From: Stylophora pistillata
Lineage: Eukaryota
NCBI RefSeq assembly: GCF_002571385.2
Contig: NW_019218353.1
Coordinates: forward strand, 100,004 to 164,003
DNA length: 64,000 bases
Direction of reading: 5' to 3'
Positions 62,976 to 64,000 of the stretch are shown here, in pieces (positions within the stretch are counted from its first letter, which is position 1; every line of letters starts with the position of its first letter). A program made the translations under genes and the position numbers. The notes beneath the pieces are model-generated. The model was not told the DNA's origin. It worked only from the letters and a program-made list of their open reading frames with translations, and did not search any database.

Positions 62976-64000
62976 CTGCAATAAGAAGCAAATGAGTTAG
63001 TCACCGATGCCTTTGAGAAAGCTTCATTTCAATTCAATATTTCGATTCCGATTTTGACTGTTCGTTGTCTATTGTTCTCTCAAGAATCGGTACGGATGGG
63101 AGGAGATTTGGTCCATCGAGAGAGTAAGAGAGAGAAGAGAGGGGGGGGGGGGGAGAGAGGGAGGGAGGGAAGAGAGAAGAGGAGGATACTAAGCAAGTAG
63201 TGTAATCCAAAGCAGAAGAATAATCCCCTTGGGGTGAAAGGGTTTGACTTCTTTTTCAAGAATTTCATAATCATTTTCTCTTTCTCTCTCCTACCCGCTT
63301 CTGTTATAGTCAATTTTTTCCCTTTTTCCATGATTTTGAACGGTTGTCTATGTGAAGTAATCGAATGAGAAGTGTTGGAGGCAAACTAAGCCAAAAAAAA
63401 ATGTCTCAAGTCCTTCAAAAGGAAATAATTCGTAAAGTTGGACGAGAAACCAAGTAGCGGGACCATTAATTCACGAACCAAATCTCTATAGGATAGGTGT
63501 CTCCCCCATATCGTGTTTCGCGACCTTTGTTTCTCAAAGTTTACTGCGTGACAACCCTAATCCAAGACTGAGAAGAAACTATTAACCGTGATTGATCGCT
63601 CATTGTACGTTGATCGACAAATATTAATTACCTCCTCGGGAGTCATAATGCTCAAGTCGATTAGTTTCTTCCAATACGGCACCTGTCGATCAAACATGTC
63701 ATGTCAGCGCATTCATGTGCTCGGCCCTCTTTTTGTCTTGCGCCAAATTTAGGATCTATCAGGTGTGATCTGACATCGGTGTCCTAGCCGTTTGGTGCGT
63801 ATGTCAACGACTGAAAAATACTTCATTTAAACATAACTTCCGTATTACATCAGCGTTATGCTTGCTCACCGCTGCCATTAAATTATATGTTAATCCCATC
63901 CCGCCGAACTGTTTCACTCATCCTCTATCATACTTTTCCCTCTCATTATGAATAAAAAAAACGTTGCAAGAGCCAAGAGAAGAAAGACACAAATGTCCTC

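Overview
Eukaryotic, AT-rich, transposon-saturated DNA, most likely from an anthozoan cnidarian such as a stony coral (inferred from the repeat families and GPCR type, not proven). Almost all of the window is a nested mosaic of mostly decayed mobile elements. These include the 3' half of a Ty3/gypsy LTR element (integrase with chromodomain, env-like fusion gene, an extra ORF, PPT, 3' LTR), hAT and ISL2EU remnants, Helentron helicase-endonuclease and RPA-like fragments, a RAG1/Transib-like fragment, several CR1/L2-type LINEs, Penelope fragments with a minimal hammerhead ribozyme, a DIRS 3' end, gypsy and BEL fragments, a two-gene Harbinger, tRNA-derived SINEs and many MITEs. Two elements stand out. 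One is a structurally complete IS3EU-type DNA transposon (10585-17211; TAY..RTA ends, 6-bp TSD) whose second, spliced gene encodes zinc ribbon + UBZ4 + HECT E3 ubiquitin ligase. The other is an IS630/Tc1-like two-gene element nested in a THAP transposase. Host genes are limited to a LINE-disrupted rhodopsin-family GPCR pseudogene and the last exon of a probably GPI-anchored aminopeptidase P. The strongest candidate for an under-described system is transposon-borne ubiquitin machinery: the HECT ligase in the IS3EU element, plus a possible BTB-like accessory ORF in the env-bearing retroelement. All domain calls come from motif recognition by eye; no searches were run.
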